From a virus, in IMG/VR virus record IMGVR_UViG_3300046787_000099, positions 32,001 through 96,000 of that record: a DNA stretch of 64,000 bases; one strand, written 5' to 3'. Under the pieces are notes generated by a model, which was not told where the DNA came from, made no database searches, and worked only from the letters and a program-made list of their open reading frames with translations. Positions 47,310 through 55,225 of the stretch are shown in pieces (position 1 is the first letter of the stretch; each line of letters begins with the position of its first letter). Both the position numbers and the translations under genes were made by a program.

Positions 47310-47462
47310 ATGAAAGTAGCAACTATCAGTGTACAGTCAGTCTTTGAGCATATTGACAAAGAACTGAAAAAGGAGTATCTTCGTGATAAACAACGGTGGA
47401 TGGAGAAGTGGAATGTTAGAGAGATCAAAACATACACACCAAAGACCGCATTAGAACGATGA
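47310..47462 (+). CDS. 50-aa hypothetical protein (not in ORF track)
   Basis: MKVATISVQSVFEHIDKELKKEYL...; fills operon gap. Confidence 0.55.
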   Translation: MKVATISVQSVFEHIDKELKKEYLRDKQRWMEKWNVREIKTYTPKTALER

Positions 47463-47465
47463 TAT

Positions 47466-47699
47466 ATGTCTAGAAGTACTAAGAAGCCAATCATTAAGGA
47501 TGCGCCTCGTAATGCCAAGAAATCAGCCCTCTATTGGAGAGCTGTACGTAAGGGAATGAAGAGAGCTGTGAACAGATTAGCACGTGGTGAGGAGGTAGAA
47601 ATACCTTCTCATCATAGCTTAGTTAATGATTATGATTATAGTGACTTTACATTACATCCTTATGATGAGGAATCACGAAAGAAGTTTAAACGTAAATAG
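47466..47699 (+). CDS. Basic hypothetical protein
   Basis: MSRSTKKPIIKD...NDYDYSDF. Confidence 0.65.
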   Translation: MSRSTKKPIIKDAPRNAKKSALYWRAVRKGMKRAVNRLARGEEVEIPSHHSLVNDYDYSDFTLHPYDEESRKKFKRK

Positions 47700-47701
47700 T
47701 T

Positions 47702-48058
47702 ATGGAAGAAGAGTTCATATCATACGAGCAAGCATTAGCCTTAAAGGAATTAGGGTTTGATGAAAAGTGTTTTAAAACATACAATGAAGATAAAGAATTA
47801 ATATTCTATTGTACTGGTAAATATTATTACCCTGCCCCACTTAAACAACAAGTATTTAGATGGTTTATGGAGAAGTATAAACTTGTGCATGAAATTAATG
47901 TTTATTCCACAACAGATGGGTACGCATTTAGCTTTAAAATATTGTGCAAAAAGTACACTCCATTTATAGATGCAAATGATACTTGGACTACCTACGAAGA
48001 AGCAGAGAATGCTTGTATAGATAAACTTATAGAGATAGCTAAACAACAAGACAAATGA
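47702..48058 (+). CDS. Small phage protein, cassette 1
   Basis: EFISYEQALALKELGFDE...APLKQQVFRWF...TYEEAENACIDKLIEI; ends KQQDK. Confidence 0.75.
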   Translation: MEEEFISYEQALALKELGFDEKCFKTYNEDKELIFYCTGKYYYPAPLKQQVFRWFMEKYKLVHEINVYSTTDGYAFSFKILCKKYTPFIDANDTWTTYEEAENACIDKLIEIAKQQDK

Positions 48059-48381
48059 AACTATACACAGAAGAAGAATTAAGACATGTTGTTAAAGTTG
48101 CTTTTTGGCAAGATTTTGAGAATGGTACCACCGAAGATGATATAATAGGTTTTGCTAATCCTATCGAACTACCAAGTGATGATGCAATAGAAGCTGCAGC
48201 ATTAGATACATATCGTGAGTATCCTAACAATCCAAAAGAACACCCTGAATGGACGTACAATAAAGATGTTAATGCTCCTAGAAAAAGAAGAGCATTTAAC
48301 ATTGGTGCTCATTGGGTATTGAATCACATTAATCAACAGAAGGACATTGATGTCCCTCTGTCAAAACAACAAGACAAATGA
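48055..48381 (+). CDS. Small phage protein, cassette 2
   Basis: MKLYTEEE...PIELPSDDAIE; ends KQQDK. Confidence 0.7.
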   Translation: MKLYTEEELRHVVKVAFWQDFENGTTEDDIIGFANPIELPSDDAIEAAALDTYREYPNNPKEHPEWTYNKDVNAPRKRRAFNIGAHWVLNHINQQKDIDVPLSKQQDK

Positions 48382-48575
48382 AAAATGAATCAATAATTAA
48401 CGTTAAGCTCTCAGATGAGGTTAGCGAGTTTTTACGTATGAATTCTACTATGGTAGAAATTGATGGATCGAGATATTACCAACCAGCTCAATTTTGGTAC
48501 ACACAAGCTTTTCTGGGAAATGAAAACATATTTCGGGTACATACAAAACTACCAACTTATCAACCAGACAAATGA
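48378..48575 (+). CDS. Small phage protein, cassette 3
   Basis: 65 aa; ends QPDK. Confidence 0.6.
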   Translation: MKNESIINVKLSDEVSEFLRMNSTMVEIDGSRYYQPAQFWYTQAFLGNENIFRVHTKLPTYQPDK

Positions 48576-48793
48576 GTGATATAGCACTTAGTCATTGGGT
48601 AGAGTTTGACTTTAATGACATATCTACTAGACCAACATCTTATGGTAAGCATCTAGTATGCAGGAAAGATGGTAAGATTCATTGGGAAACATGGAATGGT
48701 TCTGGATGGGCATACAATCACAATTCAATCACGCACTGGGCAGTGATTAAGTCACCTAAACAACAAGGCAATGGGATGGAAATCAACAATTGA
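48572..48793 (+). CDS. Small phage protein, cassette 4 (DUF551-like)
   Basis: WVEF...P...LVCRKDG...W....ITHW....P pattern. Confidence 0.6.
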   Translation: MSDIALSHWVEFDFNDISTRPTSYGKHLVCRKDGKIHWETWNGSGWAYNHNSITHWAVIKSPKQQGNGMEINN

Positions 48794-48965
48794 TATAACA
48801 AGGACGCAAGCCCTTGCTCTTGTCTTAGATTACGCATTACAATGTGGTAATTTGTCAGATTCAGAACTAGAGGACTTATTAGAAACCCTTGGTTATGGAG
48901 ACAATCAGACATTGCCTTATTTTGGATACAATTTTAACATAACTAGACAACAAGACAATGAGTGA
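48771..48965 (+). CDS. Small phage protein, cassette 5
   Basis: MGWKSTIDITR...; ends RQQDNE. Confidence 0.6.
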   Translation: MGWKSTIDITRTQALALVLDYALQCGNLSDSELEDLLETLGYGDNQTLPYFGYNFNITRQQDNE

Positions 48966-49161
48966 TATAGCAATGTGTGCTGGAACTGAGTGTCCACGCA
49001 AGAATAACTGTCATAGACATACGGCTGAGTACAATGAATATGGTCAGTCCTATTTTGTGACACCACCTATCAAGGAGGATGGTAGCTGTGAGTATTTCTG
49101 GGACAACAAAGACTATCCAGCAGAAGGAGCATTCCATAATAAACTAGAAGACAATGGATGA
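48958..49161 (+). CDS. Small Cys-rich phage protein, cassette 6
   Basis: DIAMCAGTECPRKNNCHRH...QSYF..PP....CEYFW. Confidence 0.65.
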   Translation: MSDIAMCAGTECPRKNNCHRHTAEYNEYGQSYFVTPPIKEDGSCEYFWDNKDYPAEGAFHNKLEDNG

Positions 49162-49525
49162 TAAACCAATATTCAAGAGTAGAGGTCCTGGTGTACCTGG
49201 TACATTTACAGGTGAAGAAGTTGTATCCGAAGAGACAATAAAAGAATTAGCTAGAAGGATAAATGGTGGACACACAATGGAAAGAAAACAAACAGCAGTA
49301 GAATGGCTTGAAGAGTTGTTGCACTTTGAGTGTAAATATAGTCTTAATAATGAAGTAATAATTAATTATGATGTATTGGATAACATTATTATGAAAGCCA
49401 AACAAATGGAGAAAGAGCAGATAGTGGAAGCTTGGTATAAAAGAGGCAACTCAATAGTTCCAAGATATTATTTAAAAGAAAATATAAACGGAGAGCAATA
49501 TTATAACGAAACTTATGGCAAATAA
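49154..49525 (+). CDS. Small phage protein (KQTAVEWL...EKEQI...EQYYNETY type)
   Basis: Motifs shared with the downstream paralog. Confidence 0.7.
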   Translation: MDDKPIFKSRGPGVPGTFTGEEVVSEETIKELARRINGGHTMERKQTAVEWLEELLHFECKYSLNNEVIINYDVLDNIIMKAKQMEKEQIVEAWYKRGNSIVPRYYLKENINGEQYYNETYGK

Positions 49526-49757
49526 AACAGCAATGCAAGAAATGTATGGTGATTTAATAGAAAAACATATTGTGTATACAAAAGCAGGAATGATTAACGA
49601 GGCTACTTCTTTAGTATCATCAATTGAATTAGCAGAACACTTAATAGGTAAAGAGAAAGAACAGATACAAAAAGCATTTCATGATTCTGTTGTAAGTATG
49701 GCTGTAGGTAGAATCATGACTCCAAATCAATATTACAACGAAATCTATAACAAATAA
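49515..49757 (+). CDS. Paralog of preceding gene
   Basis: KTAMQE...EKEQI..A...QYYNEIY. Confidence 0.7.
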   Translation: MANKTAMQEMYGDLIEKHIVYTKAGMINEATSLVSSIELAEHLIGKEKEQIQKAFHDSVVSMAVGRIMTPNQYYNEIYNK

Positions 49758-49768
49758 GCATGAAAGTG

Positions 49769-49800
49769 CTTGATCATTACGATAATGTTATGTATCTTTG
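49769..49800 (+). promoter_or_regulatory. Bacteroidetes-type promoter directly before GIY-YIG gene (probably leaderless)
   Basis: CTTG (49769-49772), N20, TATCTTTG (49793-49800); ATG 4 nt later. Confidence 0.65.
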
Positions 49801-49804
49801 CTAA

Positions 49805-50557
49805 ATGAAGAAACCAGTATCAGGTGTTTATATAATACAGAATCTTGTGAACAACAAAGTCTATGTAGGGGCATCAAAAAACCTCTATGATAGACTTTGT
49901 ATGCACAAGGTTCAGTTAAGAGCTAATAGACACCACAATGCTCATTTACAAGCAGCTTATAATTTACAAGGAGAAGACAGTTTTGTATTTGATGTACTAG
50001 AAGAATGTGATGAGGAGTTTATCTACTCACAGGAAAACTACTGGTGCATTATGTTAAACTCTCATAATCGAGAATTAGGCTATAATTGCGATTCTACGGG
50101 TCCAAATGGTAAATGTGGAGTAAGTGATGAAACAAGAGTTAAAATGTCAGCAGGGGCAGAGAAAAGAGTTGTACAAGTATATACTATATACGGAAAACAT
50201 GTAACCGATTTATCAGACTTACATACAGCAAGTAAGTATTTTGAAACAGCCCCACCAAACATTCATAGAAAGATGAATGTGCTCTTTAACAAACGTAACA
50301 TCATTGACTCAACATTAACCAAACATCTAGTACTTGATGCTAATACAGAAGTTACAGAAGTTGTATCTTATTGGAATAACATATTTGATAAAATTAGAGC
50401 ACAAACAGGTAAATACAAGGTTTATGACTGCTTTGATAATTTCATAGGTTCATGTAATTCTAGAGAACTTTGTACAATTTTAGAGACTTCTATTCATGCT
50501 ATCACAACTAGCGTAAGAAGAGGAACATATTTAAGAACACTAAAAATAACAAGATGA
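49805..50557 (+). mobile_element. Free-standing GIY-YIG homing endonuclease
   Basis: SGVYIIQNLVNNKVYVGASKNLYDRL...H.N.HLQ.AYN...E...GYN; NUMOD-like C-terminus; overlaps the polB start. Confidence 0.85.
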
Positions 50558-52503
50558 AAGTAATAGTAAGTGACATAGAAACTATGGCTGAGTACTTCTT
50601 ATGTATGTGTTATGAGCCTGATACAGACAAATGGATACCGTTTGAAGTAAGCCAGTGGACTAATACATTAGATGCAATGATTAATTACTTTGAAAAGAAG
50701 AATGATCATTACTTTGTATTCTATAATGGTTTGAGGTTTGATAGTCAAGTGCTTGAGTTTATTATAAGAAACAATCATTCATGGCATGAACTAGGTGGAT
50801 TAGAAATCTGTGCTATAATTGCACAAAAGGCTCAAGATACTATACATGATGCTAATTATGAGGTATTTCCAGAATATAAGGAATCTGAACTTAGCTTTAA
50901 GGTGCTTGATTTGTTCAAGATAGCGCATTTTGACAATAAAAATCGAATGGTGAGTCTAAAGAGACTAGAGTTTGAGATGGATCTAGAGAACATCGAGGAG
51001 ATGCCTATACATCACACAAAAACAAACATGACCAAAGAAGAGATTGCTCTCACTATGGACTATTGTCGTAATGATGTACACGCAACCTATGAGTTCTACA
51101 AGATTACTACAGGCAACTGTGATCATCCATTGTACAAGGGTAACAATCAGATAGAGCTAAGACAAGACATCCAAGAAGAATTTGGTATACCATGTCTTAA
51201 TTACTCTGATAGTAAGATTGGTGATGAGATGATTAAGAAGTATTATTGCGAACAGAAAGGTATTAAACCAGACATGCTTCCTAAGAAAGGATTCTTTCGT
51301 AAGGAGATTAGAGTGAAGAACTGTATTGCAGATTATGTTGAGTTCAAGACACCACAGCTAAAACTCTTCCTAAAGAAGATGAAAGGCACAGTGCTTGGAT
51401 TATCAGATGATTTCAAAGAGCACATTACATTCTATGACAATGTGTATTCATTCATGAAAGGTGGTTTACATACAGAGAACAAACCAGAAATATTTGAAGC
51501 TGATGAGAATTATGAGATCATTGATTGGGACGTGTCTAGCTATTACCCTGCTATTATCATTAATAATAACCGCTATCCCTCTCATCTTGGTAAAGAGTTT
51601 CTTCGTGGTTACAAACAGATGTTTGACCGTAGGCTCGAACTTAAGCCCCAGGCAAAGAAGGACAAACGCATCAAGGGTATTGTTGGTGCTCTTAAGCTTG
51701 CTGTTAACTCTGTGTATGGTAAGTCTAGTGATATGCAATCTTGGATCTATGACAGGCAGCTTACTATGTTTACAACTATTACTGGCGAGCTGTCTCTATT
51801 TATGCTTATTGAAGCTTATGAACTAGAGGGCATACATGTAATATCAGCTAACACTGATGGTGTAACAATTAAGATTAAGAAAACAGACCTAGATAAGATG
51901 CATGCAATCAATGCATGGTGGTCAGAACTAACTCAATATGAACTCGAAAGAACAGATTACAGTAAGATTATTTTCTCAACTGTTAACGATTACCTCGCGG
52001 TTAAAACAGATGGAGAGATTAAGAAGAAAGGAGATTTTCTTACTGACTTTGAGCTTCATAAGAATAAGTCTGGTAGGGTGGTACCAATTGCCCTTGAACA
52101 GTATTTCATCAATAACACTCCTGTTGCTGATACTATTCGCAATCATAGAAACATATATGATTTTGCAATGCGGCAACGAGCTACAAAGGATTTCCACTTT
52201 GAAGGAAGATCTGATAATGGCACAACAGTCTACAACAAGCTTATTAGATACTATGTATCCATTAGTGGGGAAAAGCTTCTTAAGGTCAAGAATGAAGATT
52301 GTGACTCAAGAGCAGCAGCTATATCACAAGTGGAGGCAGGAGAATGGTTGATGACAGTGTGTAATCACCTATCACCAAAGCATCCACTAGATAACATTAA
52401 CCATTCTTATTATATTGAGAAGGCAGAACGTATTATTAACAAGATTAATTATCAGGGCAAGAAAGTACCTGTGATTGATCCTAATCAACTAAGTTTATTC
52501 TAA
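50554..52503 (+). CDS. polB: Family B DNA polymerase
   Basis: Exo motifs DIE, YNGLRFD, YCRND; Pol motifs DVSSYYP, KLAVNSVYGK, ANTDG; C-terminal QLSLF clamp-binding-like motif. Confidence 0.92.
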   Translation: MKVIVSDIETMAEYFLCMCYEPDTDKWIPFEVSQWTNTLDAMINYFEKKNDHYFVFYNGLRFDSQVLEFIIRNNHSWHELGGLEICAIIAQKAQDTIHDANYEVFPEYKESELSFKVLDLFKIAHFDNKNRMVSLKRLEFEMDLENIEEMPIHHTKTNMTKEEIALTMDYCRNDVHATYEFYKITTGNCDHPLYKGNNQIELRQDIQEEFGIPCLNYSDSKIGDEMIKKYYCEQKGIKPDMLPKKGFFRKEIRVKNCIADYVEFKTPQLKLFLKKMKGTVLGLSDDFKEHITFYDNVYSFMKGGLHTENKPEIFEADENYEIIDWDVSSYYPAIIINNNRYPSHLGKEFLRGYKQMFDRRLELKPQAKKDKRIKGIVGALKLAVNSVYGKSSDMQSWIYDRQLTMFTTITGELSLFMLIEAYELEGIHVISANTDGVTIKIKKTDLDKMHAINAWWSELTQYELERTDYSKIIFSTVNDYLAVKTDGEIKKKGDFLTDFELHKNKSGRVVPIALEQYFINNTPVADTIRNHRNIYDFAMRQRATKDFHFEGRSDNGTTVYNKLIRYYVSISGEKLLKVKNEDCDSRAAAISQVEAGEWLMTVCNHLSPKHPLDNINHSYYIEKAERIINKINYQGKKVPVIDPNQLSLF

Positions 52504-52811
52504 TGGCAGGAACACAAAAGCAACGTGATCAATTGATCAAAAACCTCATTACACTACAGATGGAGTGTATTGGGAAGAGGTATGTAGATTGGATTGAAGT
52601 AGATAATCCAAGAGAGCTCTATCGTATTACAGAGGAGCAGTACAGAGAGTTTGATAAGAAAGCTATCTATCTAATCAAGAAGACAAAGAAATGTAATAGT
52701 GGTATAGCACGTAACACTCTCAATGAGTTCAATGATAAGATTGGATTAGAGATACACGTACCCATCTTTACAGTGTGGGACAGACTAAGGAAGTTTTTTG
52801 TTGGATATTAG
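52503..52811 (+). CDS. Hypothetical protein
   Basis: 102 aa; TAATG overlap. Confidence 0.7.
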   Translation: MAGTQKQRDQLIKNLITLQMECIGKRYVDWIEVDNPRELYRITEEQYREFDKKAIYLIKKTKKCNSGIARNTLNEFNDKIGLEIHVPIFTVWDRLRKFFVGY

Positions 52812-53128
52812 TGCAATTTAGTACACTATATTATACACAATGTGCCTTGTGGTGGAAAAAAGCAAGGTATAGTATAATATATTGCACTTTACTGTGTATA
52901 ATTAAGATAGATTATTCGGTATAATTCCGAATTAGTGTTACCTATTTGCCAAAATACGTAACAAAATAGTGCCAAATTCGGAAGTAATACTACGGATAAT
53001 GATAAAAATCCAAACCAATATTGGCTGGTAAATGATAATTATCCAAACCAATAGTGTGCATTACTAATATACAAAAGTATATACTACTAGTATACACTAT
53101 TGACGAAACTTGTAGTTTTTGACAAGTT
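52810..53128. repeat. Non-coding array of inverted repeats plus a 23-bp direct repeat
   Basis: At least five separate palindromic units; AATGATAAwwATCCAAACCAATA at 52998 and 53031. Confidence 0.75.
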
Positions 53129-53137
53129 CTGATAATA

Positions 53138-53168
53138 AGAAAGCCTCAGAGAGATCTGGGGCTTTTCT
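53138..53168. terminator. Probable bidirectional terminator
   Basis: AGAAAGCCTCAGA-GAGA-TCTGGGGCTTTTCT between convergent units. Confidence 0.7.
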
Positions 53169-53169
53169 A

Positions 53170-53304
53170 TTACACTTCCTTATCAAGCACTAGTGGTTTG
53201 ATATGTCTTCTCTCTGAACGAACAATCGTTGACTTAGAGAACTTAGAGAGTGTAGCTCCTAATGAAGAGCAGATTAACATTACAGCAAGGATTAAATGTA
53301 GCAT
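53170..53304 (-). CDS. 44-aa antisense-oriented hydrophobic peptide (not in ORF track)
   Basis: MLHLILAVMLICSSLGATLSKFSKSTIVRSERRHIKPLVLDKEV*; TATCTTTG box at 53326-53333 (minus); terminator right after the stop. Confidence 0.6.
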   Translation of the reverse strand: MLHLILAVMLICSSLGATLSKFSKSTIVRSERRHIKPLVLDKEV

Positions 53305-53427
53305 AGTATTATTGGATTATTCTTACAAAGATAATACATAGAATAGTACTAAACTACTGAGAATTGCATTTTACCAAGAACTTGATAAAAGTTCTTTATT
53401 TATTCACATTTTAACACAAACACAATT

Positions 53428-53979
53428 ATGGCAGCACAAGAATTTATCGTAAGACAAACAGCTAGAAACGAACAAGTAGCATTTAACAGAGCAGTTAACT
53501 TTGCTATTGAAGAGTATGGTAATGATATCTATAATGGTACAATCAGTACATGTGACAGTTATCAAGATGTTACCACTGAGTATAAACGTAGTGGTAAGAA
53601 GTTAATGGACTTTATCAACAAGAAGCTAGAAGATGCTAATAAGCGTCAGTGCTTTGCTATTGTTGAAAAAGAACCAAAGATTAACACTAACAAGATCAAG
53701 AGCACAGTGGAGAACAATGTAATCAAGGGAACCAGCAAATGGGAACTTGTATACAATGTACATACCAACTGGGATGATCGTCAGGTTGCTTCTTTACGTA
53801 CAAAGACTGAAGCTATCAAGGTTGCACGTGAACACACTGAGAAAACCAAGGATACTACATTTGTAAGAATGGAGAAGGTATTGGTTAATCAAGATCCCAA
53901 TGTAGCAGTTGTTAGATATAAGCAATCAACAACAGAGTGTGAAGGAAGTTATGTATTCTTTGGTCTAGCAGCATGTTAA
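53428..53979 (+). CDS. Hypothetical phage protein
   Basis: EEYGNDIYNGTISTC...YVFFGLAAC; conserved leader. Confidence 0.75.
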   Translation: MAAQEFIVRQTARNEQVAFNRAVNFAIEEYGNDIYNGTISTCDSYQDVTTEYKRSGKKLMDFINKKLEDANKRQCFAIVEKEPKINTNKIKSTVENNVIKGTSKWELVYNVHTNWDDRQVASLRTKTEAIKVAREHTEKTKDTTFVRMEKVLVNQDPNVAVVRYKQSTTECEGSYVFFGLAAC

Positions 53980-54176
53980 ATATGATACACATGGAAGATT
54001 ATGAGAGGGAACATCTCAAAGATTTAGTATATTTACAAGAGGATATTGAGCTGATGCGTATCGAAGTGCAAACAGAGATAAACAAGAGACAACCAGCTAA
54101 AATCCAAGTGATTGACCAAGACAAGATGTTACAAAAACAACGAGATGAATCTAAAATTAACACTTTACCATTTTAA
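53973..54176 (+). CDS. Hypothetical protein
   Basis: 67 aa ending LPF; start may be one of the downstream ATGs. Confidence 0.6.
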   Translation: MLNMIHMEDYEREHLKDLVYLQEDIELMRIEVQTEINKRQPAKIQVIDQDKMLQKQRDESKINTLPF

Positions 54177-54771
54177 TACTTTACAGAAATCTGGATTCAC
54201 CTTAGACATGATTTTCCTCCTCAAACTAGTGGAGGAAGGTCATGATCTTAAAGCTCTTTGTGCCAATGATCCCAAGATGGAAATCATCTATCAAGGCATT
54301 CGTAGGAAAGGACTAATATCAGAGAATGATAAGATCACACTCACAGGTAACAATGTATTGAAGTTCCTCAAAGAGGAAGCACCAAAGGATAAGATCATCA
54401 AGAAGAAACCAGCTAACGAAGAGTTTGATAGATGGTGGAAAGCTTTTCCTGGTACAGATACATTTAAACATGCAGGTAAGACATTCTCAGGTACTAGAGC
54501 TTTGCGTAGGTCAATTGATGATTGTAGAACCAAGTTCAACTCTATTCTATCAGAGGGTGAGTATACAGCAGATGATTTGATATCAGCATTGGAGTTTGAT
54601 GTATTACAGAAGAAAGAGAACTCAGTAAAGAACAATGATAACAAGCTACGTTATATGCAGAACTCTCTCACCTATCTAACACAGAGAAGCTTTGAGCCTT
54701 TCATTGAGTTAGTTAGAGAAGGGATGGTAGTTAAGGCAGCAACAAAAACAACAGGAGGTACAGATATATGA
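54145..54771 (+). CDS. Replication initiator-like protein
   Basis: EFDRWWKAFP...YMQNSLTYLTQRSF resembles phage replisome-organizer C-termini; upstream of the helicase. Confidence 0.55.
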   Translation: MNLKLTLYHFNTLQKSGFTLDMIFLLKLVEEGHDLKALCANDPKMEIIYQGIRRKGLISENDKITLTGNNVLKFLKEEAPKDKIIKKKPANEEFDRWWKAFPGTDTFKHAGKTFSGTRALRRSIDDCRTKFNSILSEGEYTADDLISALEFDVLQKKENSVKNNDNKLRYMQNSLTYLTQRSFEPFIELVREGMVVKAATKTTGGTDI

Positions 54772-55016
54772 GATACATGAATGCAAAAGAAGAAGCTAAA
54801 GACTTAATAGGTAAATATGCCTTTCATACTTTAAGAGATTTCTCAGATGAAAACTTTGAAGAAACTAGACAATGTGCATTAGTAGCAGTAGATAAGATAT
54901 TAGACTTTATAACTTACAATGTAGTTCCATACACGTATGATAAAGACTCAATGAAAGCTGTTATATCTAATAAACAACATTACATAAAAGTTAAACAGGA
55001 GATAGAGAAGCTATGA
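54768..55016 (+). CDS. Small accessory phage protein
   Basis: AKEEAKDL...QCALVAVDKIL...VKQEIEKL. Confidence 0.7.
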   Translation: MRYMNAKEEAKDLIGKYAFHTLRDFSDENFEETRQCALVAVDKILDFITYNVVPYTYDKDSMKAVISNKQHYIKVKQEIEKL

Positions 55017-55225
55017 AATGGTTCAAAAGATTATTCAAGAAGAAAAGAGTAATGCTCACTAGTTACCATACAGGTACAAATGGTATGAAGAAACATGATG
55101 AATTTATCAAGTGGATTAATGCCAATGATGTTGAGATAATCAACTCATACATAACATATCATAAAGATTATAAGGATAATCATCTACCAGAGTATATAAA
55201 CTACGTTGTAAAATACACATTATGA
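55013..55225 (+). CDS. Hypothetical protein
   Basis: 70 aa; ATGA overlaps. Confidence 0.6.
   Translation: MKWFKRLFKKKRVMLTSYHTGTNGMKKHDEFIKWINANDVEIINSYITYHKDYKDNHLPEYINYVVKYTL

Larger units (their letters stand above)
48041..49157 (+). repeat. Six dispersed junction repeats (A)AACAACAAGACAA(A)TG
   Basis: Copies at 48041, 48364 (identical 20-mer), 48561, 48758, 48945 and 49141, each containing the next ATG. Confidence 0.85.

Noticed and set aside
48041-49157. Junction repeats as CRISPR repeats or integron attC sites
   Set aside because: Spacing is 190-320 bp of coding sequence, the repeats are not palindromic, and no integrase is in the window.
34689-52503. Introns or inteins in terL or polB
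   Set aside because: Both ORFs are continuous and of ordinary length with no intein motifs; the GIY-YIG gene is free-standing.
52998-53053. Possible mini-CRISPR array
   Set aside because: Only two 23-bp copies with a 10-bp spacer and no cas genes.
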